Counted from the first letter of the stretch, positions 12,448-28,169 are shown. The stretch: 64,000 nucleotides of DNA from Octopus vulgaris (GCA_951406725.2 OX597818.1:86490001-86554000); one strand, 5' to 3'. The notes: generated by a model not told the origin, from the letters alone. A program made the numbers and translations.

Positions 12448-13998
12448 ATTTGCTTGTGAATCTGCAAAAGTGTTTGACTGAAGAAAATATAACCTCAAAT
12501 ACAAATTTTGATCGAACTGTCATCTCCCGCATTACATCTTATAGAATGTATAATGTATTGTTTTCTGTGACACACTAAAATTACGTTCCATCTTAGCTTT
12601 ATGAAAAATCAATAACATGTCATGGCCGCCTCTCAAAAAAAAAAAAAAATGAAAAACCTTCCCATAAGTCCCTTCGTCATACTCTAATTTGTAATCACGA
12701 AATTTCACTGTTAAAATATTTAACTTGATTATATATTTCCTTTGTAATTTTCGCAGGTGTTCTTACATAAGAATCCTTCATTTGCAGTGATAACATTTCA
12801 GCACAGAAGCTGAGATTATTAATATTATTATCATTATTATTATTGTTGTTGTTGTTCTTCTTATTATTAAATATAGAGTTGTTCCTTTTAGCGAACGGCT
12901 TTCAAAGGCAAGCCAGTATCGTGTATACACGAATCCATTCATGCTATATACTCATATATGTATACACAAATGCACGTATGTATACCTATGCGTGCGTGTA
13001 TATGTGTGTCCATACAAATACAGATCTATATCCATATATATATATACACACACACACTTACATGCAAAGTGAACAAAATGTTGCGCTACCGTTTAGTATG
13101 CATGTACATGTATGTGTGTATGATGAGAGGGGAGGAAGAGAGATAATATGTGTCCATGTGAGAGAGATCGAGAGTGAGAGAGAAGGGGAGAGAGAGAAGT
13201 ACACACACGCGTACGCACATGTGAATAGATGCAACCATCCAGACGCATACATATACATACTGACACACACATTTATAAGCATTAAGAAGAAATAGTACAT
13301 ATTTATTCATTTGTTATATATATATATATATATCTTGTTCATTTGAATTTGACTGCTTTAGTTATAAAGAATGGATCAATATCAGAGAATTAGAGTCAAT
13401 CAGAACCAGTATCTGTTCAATATACTTTCTACTCCCATGTGATCGCTTCCGTTTTTTATATCCGCGTTGCAGAGTCGTATTCCGATTTGGGTTGAATAGA
13501 GTTTTCTCCCCATCGCCTCTATGTAACTTGAAACTTTTAGTCCGTGTGCAAAGGCACATCCAATGTGTGTATGTGTGTGTGTGCGTATACATAGACATGT
13601 ATGTGTGTGTGTGTCTGTATATATATATATATATCTTTTATCTTATATTTTACTTGTTTCAGGCATTAGAAGGCTGCTGCCATGCTGGGGCACATCCTTA
13701 GTCGAATGAATCGACACAAGTACCAATTTGCTCTTTTTTTCTGTTTTGTTTAAAGCCTGGAACTTATTCTATCGGGCCCTTTTTCCGAATCGTTAAGTGA
13801 CAGGTACGTAAACACACCACCACCGGTTGTCAAGCGGTGGTAGGAGACAAACACAAACACCAACCACAATCAAGGAACGGCCATAATAGGCCATTCACCC
13901 ACTAGAAATAACAGCCAAAGCTTCAACCGAATTCTACAAATTCTACAACCGAATTCTTCAAAAGAATTCTACAAAATTTTTTTTGCCACCCTATATTG

Positions 13999-14054
<56 letters not shown>

Positions 14055-14082
14055 CATATACATACATACATACATACATACA

Positions 14083-14118
<36 letters not shown>

Positions 14119-14145
14119 TACATATATGAATACAAACACGCACAT

Positions 14146-14205
<60 letters not shown>

Positions 14206-14599
14206 TTGTGTGTAGATAAATATATATTCATATATGTATGTGTGCTTACACATATTCATAAGCAAACAAGTAAAAGTAGCACTTGACACGTTTATTTGGA
14301 GTTGTATCTATAACAGGTTAACTCAGAACTACATTACTTTAAGTTCCTAAATTAATCTTTTTCGTCGTTTCCCGACTGTCTCAGTTCGTCTTCAGGATAC
14401 AGAGAGCAGTCGGCTTCTGTACAGCCACTTTTATACCGTGCGTTTTTTTTTAAGACCTCAGAGCCATAATTTTACCGTTAAAGCGTTAGTGTTCAACGTT
14501 ATCATATTGGTATTTGTAACTTTTTGTTTTTAAAGTAATTGCTCGTTACAAGGTCCTTAGACAACTGGAAACATAAGAGCTGCTAGAATAAACTGGACG

Positions 14600-14830
14600 C
14601 TAGACAGAAGTCAATAGGTGACGATGTGCATTAGACTTAAAAGACTGGATGTCGTATTGAAGAGGAAAACAAGACTGTAAAAGGGAATTCTAAAGTTCAA
14701 GGTGCGAGGGAAGAAACTGGTACTGTAAAGTGCTTTATGAGGCTGCACAGTATACTGATGATCACTGGATGCAAGTCTAATTGATCGCTGATAAGTTCTT
14801 AAATGCGTATGGTGTGTTAATTGTATGAGA
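14600..14830 (-). pseudogene. Degenerate Jockey/CR1-group LINE 3' fragment
   Basis: HQYTVQP...LYSTSFFPRT resembles the SFFPRTxxxWNxLP C-terminus of LINE ORF2. Confidence 0.55.
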
Positions 14831-15107
14831 ATTACGTCTGTAATCATCGTGGGCTCTCTTTTTCCTCTCTTGCTCTCTTTCGCTATCTTTGTATAACATA
14901 GTATTATTCTAGTATGTACCTACCCAATAAAAAATTTCTTTCGAGTCCTAGGCGAGTTAACTCGCTTTCTATGGCGTATAAGGGATCAAGATGATAGCAT
15001 AACCTCTGAACAGGACGCCAATCCATTGTAGAGTCCAAAGCCACCAATTTTTGAATGGAGGAGACAAATCGATTTCAAAAATCTCAGTAATTGATTGGTA
15101 CTATATC

Positions 15108-15520
15108 TTCTTTACTGTCCACAAGAGGCTGAACATAGAGGGGACAAACAAGAACAGACAAATGGATTAAGTCGACTATATCTGCCCCAGTGTGTAACTG
15201 GTACTTATTTAATCGACCCCGGAAGGATGAAAGGCAAAGTCGACCTCGGCGGAATTTGAACTCAGAACGTAGCAGCAGGCGAAATACCTATTTCATTACT
15301 ACCCACAAGGGGCTAAACAGAGAAGGGACAAACAAGGAAAGGCAAACGGATTAAGTCGATTACATCGACCCCAGTGCGTAACTGGTACTTAATTTATCAA
15401 CCCCGAAAGGATGAAAGGCAAAGTCGACCTCGGCGGTATTTCAGCTCAGAACGTAGCGGCAGACGAAATACCGGTAAGCATTTCGCCCGGCGTGCTAACG
15501 TTTCTGCCAGCTCGCCACCT
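15108..15520 (-). mobile_element. SINE family B, two tandem copies
   Basis: Two repeats of cacaaggggctaaac...cgaccccgaaaggatgaaaggcaaagtcgacctcggcgg...; head ccagctcgccacc. Confidence 0.9.
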
Positions 15521-16072
15521 TTTGTACTATATCTTATCGATCCCGAAACGATGGAAGGCGAAGTTGACCATAGCGGAATTTGAACGCAGAACTCAAAAGA
15601 AAAAGCCACTTAGCATTTTGACTAACGATTCTGCAAGTTTGTCGCCTTTTACCGCTAATTGCATATATTTATTGCAATAGTAAATGATGCAACGCTGTGT
15701 CATACAAGATATGCAAAGTTAAATATTGCTAACTAGGAAATACGACACACAAATTTCATTAATTTCGAAGTTTATAATGGCTAAACTAAAACAATATATT
15801 CAACGTTGTCATATTCAATGTGTTTTTCGTGGGTTTGTTTTATATATTTTGCTTCTACTAAAGAAAGTTATGATGGTGCTGAGATGGAGTGCGGTGGGTG
15901 TAATAGTAGTGATGATGTTTCGCTAATGTCGAAACCATCAACACAGTTGTGAACAAGCGAAGATTTATTGCGAATATATTGACATTTTTTTTCAGGTAAT
16001 GTCTCAGTATTTCTCAATATCTACTAGGATCCGATCAATATAAAACAACTCTGTTTATTTACATACATATAT

Positions 16073-16236
16073 ACGACGGGCTTCTTTCAGTTTCCGTCTA
16101 CCAAATCCACTCACAAGGCTTTGGTCGGCCCGAGGCTATAGTAGAAGACACTTGCCCAAGGTGCCACGCAGTGGGACTGAACCCGGAACCATGTGGTTGG
16201 TTAGCAAGCTACTTACCACACAGCCACTCCTGCGCC
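16073..16236 (-). mobile_element. SINE family A, 5' half, low divergence
   Basis: Near-perfect reverse complement of the 30447-30610 head. Confidence 0.9.
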
Positions 16237-16293
<57 letters not shown>

Positions 16294-16694
16294 ATATAAA
16301 TAATATAAATGTATATATATGCATATATACATACGTTTACTACATACTTACATGTATACGTATATACATATGCATATGTGGGTACAGGACGTCACAAAAT
16401 GTAAACAACAAAAAATGCGAAGTACGAGGACATGGAATATGAACTTTTGTTTGCGAGTAACGAAAGAAACAAATGGAAAACAAGACAAACAGCACAAAGA
16501 ACGACCCTTTATCAGTTGTCAGCTGCTTTTCTAATCTGTATTTTGAGCATTTCACGACAAGATACGCCTTCGATAAAACAGTTGCTCCCGCAAAGCAAAT
16601 TAAATAAAATATGGGATTTTGCGGAGGTTCAAAATTGGTGACAAAAACAAGACAGTGAAAACAAACAGAAAGGGCTGCGAAGCCTAAACGAGGC

Positions 16695-16749
<55 letters not shown>

Positions 16750-17092
16750 GCACATAAATGCATTAACATATAAACACACACATATAAATATGTATGAATT
16801 TACACACGATTAGCATCGTTCAGTACCACGGACAGTGAAACATAATTTATTCATTATTTCACAGTGAAATTTGTTTAAATAAATATTCAAGTACTATGCT
16901 CCATGAATCGGAATGCTATTTATTATATTGTTTGACATATCGACACATATGGAAGCAGACATATGTATATGTATATATGTGTGTGTGTTTGTGTGTATGT
17001 GTGTGTGTGTGCTTACATACATACGCGCACGCGTACCAAGATATGCGTCTATAAAGATTCAAAAACATAGTGATATATATATATATATATAT

Positions 17093-17321
17093 ATTTCTTT
17101 ACTACCCACAAGGGGCTAAACACAGAGTAGACAAACAAGGACAGACAAATGGATTAAGTCGATTACATCGACCCCAGTGCGTAACTGGTACTTAATTTAT
17201 CGACCTCGAAAGGATGAAAGGCAAAGTCGACCTCGGCGGAATTTGAACTCAGAACGTAACGGCAGACGAAATACCGCTAAGCATTTCGCCCGGCGTGCAA
17301 ACGGTTCTGGCAGCTCGCCGC
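17093..17321 (-). mobile_element. SINE family B, full length
   Basis: Minus strand reads gcggcgagctgccagaaccgtttgcacgccgggcgaaatgcttagcgg...gagttcaaattcc (B box)...ccccttgtgggtagtaaagaaat. Confidence 0.9.
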
Positions 17322-17327
17322 TGTATG

Positions 17328-17390
<63 letters not shown>

Positions 17391-17393
17391 GTG

Positions 17394-17435
<42 letters not shown>

Positions 17436-17624
17436 CACATATTCTGTATTCCCGATGGAAACTATTAGTTCAAATTTGAGATCATGATATCCCACTTAAA
17501 GCATATATGCTATTGGAAACCTTCTAACATACGGTATTCGTCTGATAAAGCATCTCTTATAGATATATGGTATTAAAAAACCAGAAACATATGACCAGTA
17601 GGTGAAACATGCGTATGCTTTATA

Positions 17625-17690
<66 letters not shown>

Positions 17691-18426
17691 TGTGCGTGTG
17701 TGTGTCTTTGTGTCTATGTATGTATTATACTTCCGGTCACTTCAGCCTTGTAACCACACAGGAGCTTTTACTAAGACTCTTCTTTTCTGTCTTTCTGAAC
17801 CTGCCCTCTTGCTACTTTCTGACGAAGAGCCATGTTCGAAACGTCACCCGCCACTATTATTACCATCATAAACTGAGCGTCAACCTACTACTTTCACTGT
17901 ATACATCCTTCTAACTGTTGTTGTTTTTATCTTTTATTTTCGATTTGCTTTTGTGTATGATGTATGTATGTATGTATGTATGTATGTATGTATGTATGTA
18001 TGTATGTATGTATGTATGTATGTATGTATGTATGTATGTGTGTATGTGTGTTGTGTGTGTATGAATGCAGGTGCAGTAGTCCCTGTGTCACAAGAAGTTT
18101 GTTGCCCAACCATATAGCTCTGCGTTCAATCTACAGCGTAGTACTTATATAAGTGTCTTCTACTATACTTTCCACTCGACCAAAGCCTCGAGACTGAATC
18201 TAGTAGGCGGAAACTGAAAGAAGCTCGTCGTATAGGTGTGTGTGTGTGTGTGTGTGCATGTCTAATTAATAGTCCGATCCCTGGACATTAGTACAGGAAT
18301 ATTTATATAGATATAAGCAAATTTCAGTGTTAAATAAAAATAAAATAGGTACTACCTTCCATGATATTTGAACCCGCATATTAACTTTTCGAGAAAGAAA
18401 ATATATATTACAGTACATACTGCCAA

Positions 18427-18498
18427 CGCGCTTATGGCGTAGTAGTTAAGAGCGCGGGCTACTAACCCCAAGATTCATAGTTCGATTCCAAGCAGTGA

Positions 18499-18594
<96 letters not shown>

Positions 18595-18701
18595 CAACAA
18601 CAACAACGACGACGATGACAAAAAATACCTTATGAATGAGAAATCAAGTTCGAAATTTCCCCCAAGACACCTGATGAAGGCTGGAGGGTATATAAGCCGA
18701 A
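18427..18701 (+). mobile_element. Element with tRNA-like head, internal (TAA/CAA)n and a hammerhead-like core, interrupted by a CR1 fragment
   Basis: A box tggcgtagtagttaagagcg, B box agttcgattcc, then acac-CTGATGA-aggct...agcc-GAA at 18667-18701. Confidence 0.6.
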
Positions 18702-19158
18702 CCAAATTTGGAAGTGGTCTAACGATTGGAACCTGTGTCTGAACGTGTCAAAGTGCTGTCATCTGCCTGTCGGCTCTACTCCTGCAACTCAACTTGATTT
18801 CGAGCCGGGTCGTCTGCTGCTGGAGAGGACCGATCAGGTAAAGGACCTAGGTATCTTGGTGGATTCCTCCTTTTCGCCTTCGGCCCAGTGCGTCCATGCT
18901 GCCAACAAAGCACGCGGAATTCTGTTCTTGATTCGACGGTCATTCGGAATGCTCACAGCAGCCATATTCCTACCACTCTATGTCACGCTGGTGAGACCCA
19001 TATTGGAGTATGGGATTCAAGCCTCTTCTCCTTATCTCCTCAAAGACATACAGCATCTCGAAAGAGTCCAGAAGCTGGCTACCCGCATGGTTCATGGTCT
19101 CAAAAATTTGTCCTACGAAGAAAGGCTGAGGACGCTCGACCTTTATTCTCTTGAAAAA
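18702..19158 (+). pseudogene. CR1-clade LINE reverse transcriptase C-terminal fragment with an intact frame
   Basis: WSNDWNLCLNVSKC...VKDLGILVDSSFS...LYVTLVRPILEYG...LERVQKLATRMVHGLKNLSYEERLRTLDLYSLE, canonical CR1 motifs. Confidence 0.92.
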
Positions 19159-19511
19159 CTAAATAATGTATATAAGTTCTCATCTCTTAAATATAGAACT
19201 GTAATATAATAAATACAGTGTTCTTAATAAATACTATATATTCAATGTCATCAGGGTTGTGTGTTTTAGTGAATGAAAGAAATAGCGTGCGAGGAGAGAG
19301 GAGAGACTGCCACTCCCTTATAACAATCATTCTTTCATCTCTTTTCTCGAATCCTCAGATTCGCGGATTTTTTTTTTTTTTTTACTTTTGTGCATAATTC
19401 CGAGATAATTTTGGATTTGTGTGAATTTTGCATAACCTTTGGTGAGAATCGGTGAAGTAGTATCAAGACAAACAACCAGCGCTGCATGTGTGTGTATGTA
19501 TATATGCCTGC

Positions 19512-19549
<38 letters not shown>

Positions 19550-20136
19550 ACATGTCGGCTTGGACATATATAACTATACGTACAGTTGTTTGTGCATACG
19601 CACATAACATATAAACATCCATATCACTTGCATATAATCATTTTTACGCATGTGTGTTTTCACCCATTTGTATATGTGTGTACGTGTGTACACACACACG
19701 CGCGCACACACATTTATGCATACTTATATATATATATATATATATATCTTACGTATACATGAGCGCTTGTATTTGTGAATAAATATACGCTTGCATACGT
19801 ACTACGTATGTATATCCGCTGTACGGTTACAGCCGCAGTATATATTTTAATCAATACTGGGTTTCGAAATAAAACCTGACTTGATGTTATATGGTTTCTT
19901 CCTAAAATTAAACATTAATCTTCTGCTTTGAATGTCGCAGCCAACAGATGTTAGATGAAGCGAGAAAAGAAAGCCATACATTTATCTCTGTTCAAGTCCA
20001 ACAGAATCTTTGATTCTTTCATTTCCCAACGCACATAAACACTCGCACACAACCACAAACATACGCAAACTTTTCATTCATTTTTGTCAACAGAAACCGC
20101 TTAAGTAAAATACGAGAGACTAACAGTAATAATAGC

Positions 20137-20191
<55 letters not shown>

Positions 20192-20194
20192 GTA

Positions 20195-20263
<69 letters not shown>

Positions 20264-20269
20264 GTAATA

Positions 20270-20322
<53 letters not shown>

Positions 20323-20324
<2 letters not shown>

Positions 20325-20820
20325 GGCTGTTGCTGTTGTCCGTTATAGTGCACCCATCTCAGGATGGGTGCAAGCGGAGATTGACCAACTCGATCGCACT
20401 ATCCGAAAGACAATGACAATGCAGGGTGCCCTCCACCCTAAGGNNNNNNNNNNNNNNNNNNNNNNNNNNNNNNNNNNNNNNNNNNNNNNNNNNNNNNNNN
20501 NNNNNNNNNNNNNNNNNNNNNNNNNNNNNNNNNNNNNNNNNNNTCCAAAAATGGCAGAAATTCAAAATATAGTGCTCATGGGAACTGCTCATATCCTACG
20601 CAAAATACTTTCTATGTAATCTCAAGTTTTAAAACAAACATAATTTTCGTATGTTTTTTTTTCTTTTTAGACATTCACTAGTACAGCACTAAATACAAAA
20701 CCAAATATATGGCACACTAGGCATAACAACAACATGAACTTCCAATCTGTTGTCTCTTGAGGTCTGGGTGAGACTTGGGGCCAACTTGTACAAATGTAAA
20801 GCAAAAGTCAAACATAGAAT
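20323..20820 (+). mobile_element. RLE-type (R4/Dong-like) non-LTR retrotransposon fragments spanning the assembly gap
   Basis: WAVAVVRYSA...EIDQLDRTIRKTMTMQGALHPK before the gap; EIQNIVLMGTAHILRKILSM* plus 3' UTR after it; flanked by (TAA)n. Confidence 0.8.
20444..20543. other. Assembly gap (100 N)
   Basis: Run of N. Confidence 1.
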
Positions 20821-21066
20821 AATAATAATAATGATGATGATGATGATGAAGATGATGATTTCAAATTTTTGCTACAAGGGCAGCTAGGAGGAGGAGATTA
20901 AGTCGATTACATCGACCCCAGTTCGTAACTGGTATTTATTTAATCGACCCCGAAATGATGAAAGGCACAGTCAACCTCGGAAGAATTTGAACTCAGAACG
21001 TAGCAACGGGCGAAATACTGTTAAGCATGTCGTCCAGATCACCAACGATTATGCCAGCTTACCACC

Positions 21067-21810
<744 letters not shown>

Positions 21811-22185
21811 GGAATTTTAAAATTAATTCTTGCTTCTCTGTCTTTTCAATTTCTTTTTATGCCTCATTGCTGATTATAGTGAAAATGGTTTTTACTTCGT
21901 TTTAATTCGCCCAACCTTCAAACTTAACCTAATTCCTTAACATAGAGCATGATTTGATTCGTATAATTTTTTTTTCTACACTTTCAAACCCTAAACCCAT
22001 ATGACCCTATTTATATCCCCCTACCCCCTATCCCACCTACCGCCACCATGTTGCAGTTTCCTATATTTCTGTCATAAGTATAGCGTTATCTATAATTATT
22101 ATCAGGGATACGTTTTCTATCATTCTTATCTGCATGTTTGCTTCTTCAATCTCAATTTATCATCATCATCATTATTATTATTATT

Positions 22186-22248
<63 letters not shown>

Positions 22249-22260
22249 GTCGTTGTTATA

Positions 22261-22296
<36 letters not shown>

Positions 22297-22434
22297 GGTG
22301 TTTTTGATAGTATCATTATTATTACTTTTTTAATTTCTCTTCATTTATCGCATTGATGAAAAGTTCTGAAAATATCGCTAATCTCAACGATCGCTTTTCT
22401 ATGGAAGCTGCAGATTTTGGCTGTGCTGTTATAC

Positions 22435-22503
<69 letters not shown>

Positions 22504-22735
22504 TGTAGTAGTAGTAGATTTTTGTTGTTTTTGTTCCACGCTAAATATCGTAACCAATCTAGTCAGTTCTAGTGCTGTTGTACACGTCTCTCCCCTTGTG
22601 TAAAGTTTTTATTCTTTGAAAGATTTAAATCTTAGTTTTGCCGACTAACATCACGATTCACAGGTTATGTATATGTATATAAATACATACATACATACAT
22701 ATAAAATCACACACGTGTATATATGTGTGTGTGTG

Positions 22736-22819
<84 letters not shown>

Positions 22820-22904
22820 TGTGTGCATATATATGCATGTATATATATCATAGTATGTGTAAGTAGTTCTCTTTTGGAACGGTGAATCTCGAAGCAAATA
22901 AAGG

Positions 22905-22937
<33 letters not shown>

Positions 22938-23011
22938 GGAAATTTAAAATTAATTCTTGCTTCTCTGTCTTTTCAATTTCTTTTTATGCTTCATTGCTGA
23001 TTATAGTGAAA

Positions 23012-23070
<59 letters not shown>

Positions 23071-23274
23071 CGCCATGATAGATCGTTAGCCACAACACAC
23101 ATTTTTTTCTCTCTTTGTTTCTCTCCTTGTTTGTTCTGTGTCCCTTTCTGTAGAAGAGCGTAGGCTCGAAACGTAAAAGACTTTTTCTATTCTTGAGCGT
23201 TATACTAATACATCTGTTTGTTTTGTACACCACCTGCCTTCGTCTTTTGTTGGTTTTTTTCGTGAAACTCTCCC

Positions 23275-23335
<61 letters not shown>

Positions 23336-23341
23336 GAGATG

Positions 23342-23467
<126 letters not shown>

Positions 23468-23929
23468 GGTACATCTTCCTCAGATCTTATCCTTCTATAT
23501 TTACGAAAAAAAAAACAATGGATAATATTGCCCGTGGTAAACTGCAAAGAAGCAAAGACGAACTGACAATGACTAAAATACATTTAATCATATTACTAAT
23601 GAGTCAGGACGGACTTAGAGGTTAACAACACTAGCAAACACTTATTGGACTTTTCTTCGTTCCTGAGCCAGTAACGGTAACCATACTGACCGAGTTGTTG
23701 TAATAGTGAACAATAAAATCAACGGTCTTGCGGTCAAATTGCAATCCATTAATTATTTCAGCTGATAAATGGTAGAAGAAATTTTGAGCAATGTGGGTAA
23801 GGAGTGACTGGAAAACAAGATTAAAATATTGTATGACCTTACGCAGGATGTTTAAGGATCTAAAATATTTCGGGAAAAAATCTCACGAAATTTTACAAAA
23901 TCTTTTAAGAATCTATGCAATGCAATACC

Positions 23930-24161
23930 TATTTCTTTTACTATCCACAAGGGGCTAAACACGGAGGAGACAAACAAGGACAGACAAACGGATTAAGTCA
24001 ATTATGTCGACCCAAGTGCGTAACTGGTACTTATTTAATCGACCCCGAAAGGATGAAAGGCAAATTCGACCTCGGCGGAATTTGAACTCAGAACGTAACG
24101 GCAGACGAAATAAGGCTACGCATTTCGCCCGGCGTGCTAACGTTTCTGCCAGCTCGCCACC
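23930..24161 (-). mobile_element. SINE family B, full length
   Basis: Matches family B; atgcaatac is repeated on both flanks. Confidence 0.9.
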
Positions 24162-25926
24162 CTATTCCATGCAATACAATACCATTATCTTTGTTTTAAT
24201 CCAATGGTATCACTTTGTATATTTTGACTTACTCCTTAACAGCACTGTTCAAGCTTTATCAACTCTCACTTTCTCATAGTGCAACGCTTGAATCAAATAA
24301 TAATACGGTTTTAATTTAGCTGTATCATTGGACAAGGTAGCTAATCTTGCGTGACATATTCATTATCCATTTATCATGAGTAAATGATACGCCATCCTAA
24401 TTAGCGATTGATTAAATTGGGGATCATTACAAATCCTTTAGGACTTAGGATATATAAACTTTTATGTACATTATGCTGGGATTTCAGCTTGTGATAGCAT
24501 GTTCAAGTAACTCCAGGCAAAGTTGTGTTTACTTACATTCACGATAAACTGTCCCGGATATGACTTTAAACAGCTCCAGTGGTAGGGTACAGGTGTAGGA
24601 GTTCAAAGATTTTCAAGGAGTGTAGAACTACCTCTTAGACACTATTGTACCCAGGTCAATTCAGACCCGGAGTAGTAGCCCTTGTTAGGGTGCTATGGAT
24701 TAATTAGCATACTAGACTTTGCCAGCCTACGTCTTGTGAAAACTCGATTCGAAGGACTCTACGGAAGAAAAGTTTATGGTTCAACGAAAGAGAAGGTGGA
24801 TGCAGCAACGCATCGTGGAGTGTAGGGAGCAAGATGAAGCAAGTAAGACATCTTGGTCATCCTTTGCATCTGTTTCCATCCCCAGACGTCTTGACCACTG
24901 GAAAGAAGATGGTCACGGACGAGGGATTGGGGTTGAGAGTGCTCAACACTTTTTCACTTATAGCAAAGCTGCCGTAGAAGTTATCTATTATCCTGTGTGA
25001 CTAGATACTCCTCGTCACTCTTACGGGCTAAGAAATAGGCTGAGTGATATGACTAACATGCGTAACATGGTAAAATATTTACATTTATTGGCAGTTTGAC
25101 AGCTGTGGATCTCCGTCATTCGGCGACGAGCATTCAGTTATTCGATCAACTGAATTGCCTGCTCCTGAATTAACGTTTGTATGACTGACCAATCCACAGG
25201 CACGTATACCCTTAATGTAACTCTCTAGTGGAATCTCCGTGGTTCAGCGCGCGCGCGTGTGTGTGTGTGTGTGTGTATGCGCGCGCGTGTGTGTGTGTGT
25301 GTGTGTGTGTGTACGTGCACGTTTGAAACAAAGCCGTACATTTTGAAATTCATGTACACACCATCCGGTGGGCTTCTCTATAGTTTCCGTGTACCCAATT
25401 CCACAAACAGGGTATCAGTTAACCCGAGAAATAGAAAATGACATTTGCCCAAGATGCCACACAGTAGGATCAAAACCTGAACTTCCTGGTTGCGAAGCGA
25501 ACTTCTTAATCGTTCGATCATACTTCCTCAACACTTTTAGTTTTATAACTTGCCTATCAGCAGAGCACACGCCAGTGACATGAAACGGAAAGTCAATTTT
25601 CTGTTTTATAGGCCAACAAACGACCACAGTTATTTAGTTATGAATATTAACAGGTCTAACAGAATAGATTTCAATTTTATACTAGGCCATTGAGATTCGA
25701 ATCATGCACGTCCTTTCATACAGATATATGAAAACATGTATATTATATGTATATACAAGTCTATTCTGTCACGCTTGCGTACGCATACGTACAAACACAA
25801 ACGTATTTATATACGCAATTATATATTTTAATTCAACTATTTATATGTATACACAACCCACAGTTGCACATAACATACTTTTATGCATGTATGTATGTAT
25901 CTCTCTCTCTCTCTCTCTCTCTCTCA

Positions 25927-25966
<40 letters not shown>

Positions 25967-25982
25967 CATATACATATATATA

Positions 25983-26064
<82 letters not shown>

Positions 26065-26067
<3 letters not shown>

Positions 26068-26219
26068 CGTGACTGTGTTATAAGAAGCTTGCTTTTCAAC
26101 CACATAGTTCCGGGTCAGTCCTACTACACGGAACCTTGGGTAAGTGTCTTCTACCATAGCCTCTGGCCGACCAAAGCTTTGAGTGGAGTTGGTAGACGGA
26201 AACTGAAAGAAGCCCGTTG

Positions 26220-26285
<66 letters not shown>

Positions 26286-26530
26286 TGTATATATGCATGT
26301 ATGTATATATCTATGCGTGTGTGTCTTTGTATCTGTTTGTCTCCCCCCACTAACCGCTCCACAACCGGTGTTGTTTCATTTGCGTCCTCATAATCTAGCG
26401 ATTCGGCAAAAGAAACCGATTCAATAACTACTAGGTTTAAAAAATATATCCCGGAGTCAATTTCTTCGACATAAACCCTTTATGGCTGCAAATGACTGAA
26501 GCAAGTTAAAGAATTAAAGAATAAGAGTAA
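26065..26530 (+). mobile_element. SINE family A
   Basis: Head, internal (TA)n and tail are all present. Confidence 0.85.
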
Positions 26531-26689
26531 TATATCTTCTATCATTCAGTTATTTCAATCTGGAAGGCTTACCCATAAAATACAAACTAGACATAGATCA
26601 CAAACTATGTACAAAGTTCTTTTACAATGGTTGGTGACAGCCTCTCAAATAAAAAGGGTTTTTTGAATCGGATAGAGTTATCTTTCGTC

Positions 26690-26889
26690 TTTTCCTTGCT
26701 TCAGTTATTAGACTACGTCCATGTTGAAGTACCGCCATGAAGAATATTTAGCTGAATGTATCGACCACAATACTTGTTTTTTTAAGGCTGATACTTATTC
26801 TATCGGTCCCTTTTGCCGAACCAATAAGTTACGGTGACACAAACACACTTGCACTGGTCGTCAAGCGGTGGTAGGAGGGACAAGCACAT

Positions 26890-26924
<35 letters not shown>

Positions 26925-27103
26925 TACATACATACATACATGACGGGCTTTTTCAGTTCCCGTCTATCAAATCCTCTCACAAGACCATGGTCAGCCCGAG
27001 GCTATAGTAGAAGGCACTTGTCCAAAGTGCCACGCATTGGGACTGAACCCGGAGCCATGTGGTTGGGAAGCAAACTTCTTACTACACAGCTACGCTAGCG
27101 CCT
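26690..27103 (-). mobile_element. SINE family A, inverted relative to 26065-26530
   Basis: Reverse-complement head and tail. Confidence 0.85.
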
Positions 27104-27242
27104 AATTAATCATACTTTAATAGTTAATAAATTTAAAGATATATCTTTTTCAAATTCTTGCATCTGTATCAAGTAATATTTACAAAAGTTTTTAAATATA
27201 TAAGCATGTATATTTATATGCATGTATGTATATATAAAGGGA

Positions 27243-27535
27243 AAGACCTCTTTCGGTCATGAATGACCATGGGATTGCACCTAGAAAGTTACTCTTTGTG
27301 GCACAAGTCTGGGCAAGGTTGTTTATAGAAGTCACACATGCATACCACCCTGCTCTCTCCATGCCACCGCTGTTATCCAAGGGAAAGGCAAAGGCTGATA
27401 CAGATTGGCACCAGTGACATTGCAATTCATTTGTACAGGTGAGTGAACTGGAGCACCGTGAAATAAAGTGCCTTGCTCAAGAACACAACCCACTGCTCGG
27501 TCCGGGCATGACTATGAGCTCGACACTCTAACCAC
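27243..27535 (-). mobile_element. SINE family D
   Basis: Homologous to 8039-8370. Confidence 0.8.
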
Positions 27536-28169
27536 TGTGTATATACATATATGTATGTACATATCATATATGCACGTGTATATACATATACACACACACA
27601 CTTTCATCCGTATAATCCCAGAAACCAGATACTCTTTTGAAGAGGATAATGTATTGTCATGATTTTAGTATTGTATTACAGTTTCATAATGTTTATTTAA
27701 TATTATACTTCATTATCTAATTCAGTAAATCAGATTTTCTTTCGGGGTGGAGTCAACCGTATATTTGATTTCAGGGTGTCAATCACTTTTGTAATCTCGT
27801 GTTTCACAACAGGCTTTCGCTACAGACTCCCGCTCATATCCTTCGCCCTCCTCCAGTAAAACATAACATGTGTTTGCAAGCCTGAGATGATTGTTGTCAT
27901 TGAACGTAATATCTCCGTGGACACGGGTACAACTGTCTACTTAAATCAGCTTCAGAACTTCGTGGTACCAGCTTCGATTGGGCTGGAAGTCATCTGAGTG
28001 ATCGTTCTTCTACCATAATTTCCGTTGGTTTTGTAAGAGAAATTTCACAACGGAAACTGTACGGAAAATTGACATGTATAAATGCGTATGTATGTATGTA
28101 TGTATGTATGTATGTATGTATGTATGTATGTATGTATGTATGTATGTATGTATGTATGTATGTACAACC

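Noticed and set aside
13360-13540. Open frames on both strands in unique sequence; similar cases at 23762-23796, 31653-31720 and 49400-49560
   Set aside because: Splice signals are incomplete or the peptides unrecognisable; not supportable without transcript data.
27780-28070. Unique, moderately GC-rich segment with short open frames
   Set aside because: No consistent acceptor-frame-donor set and no recognisable motif.
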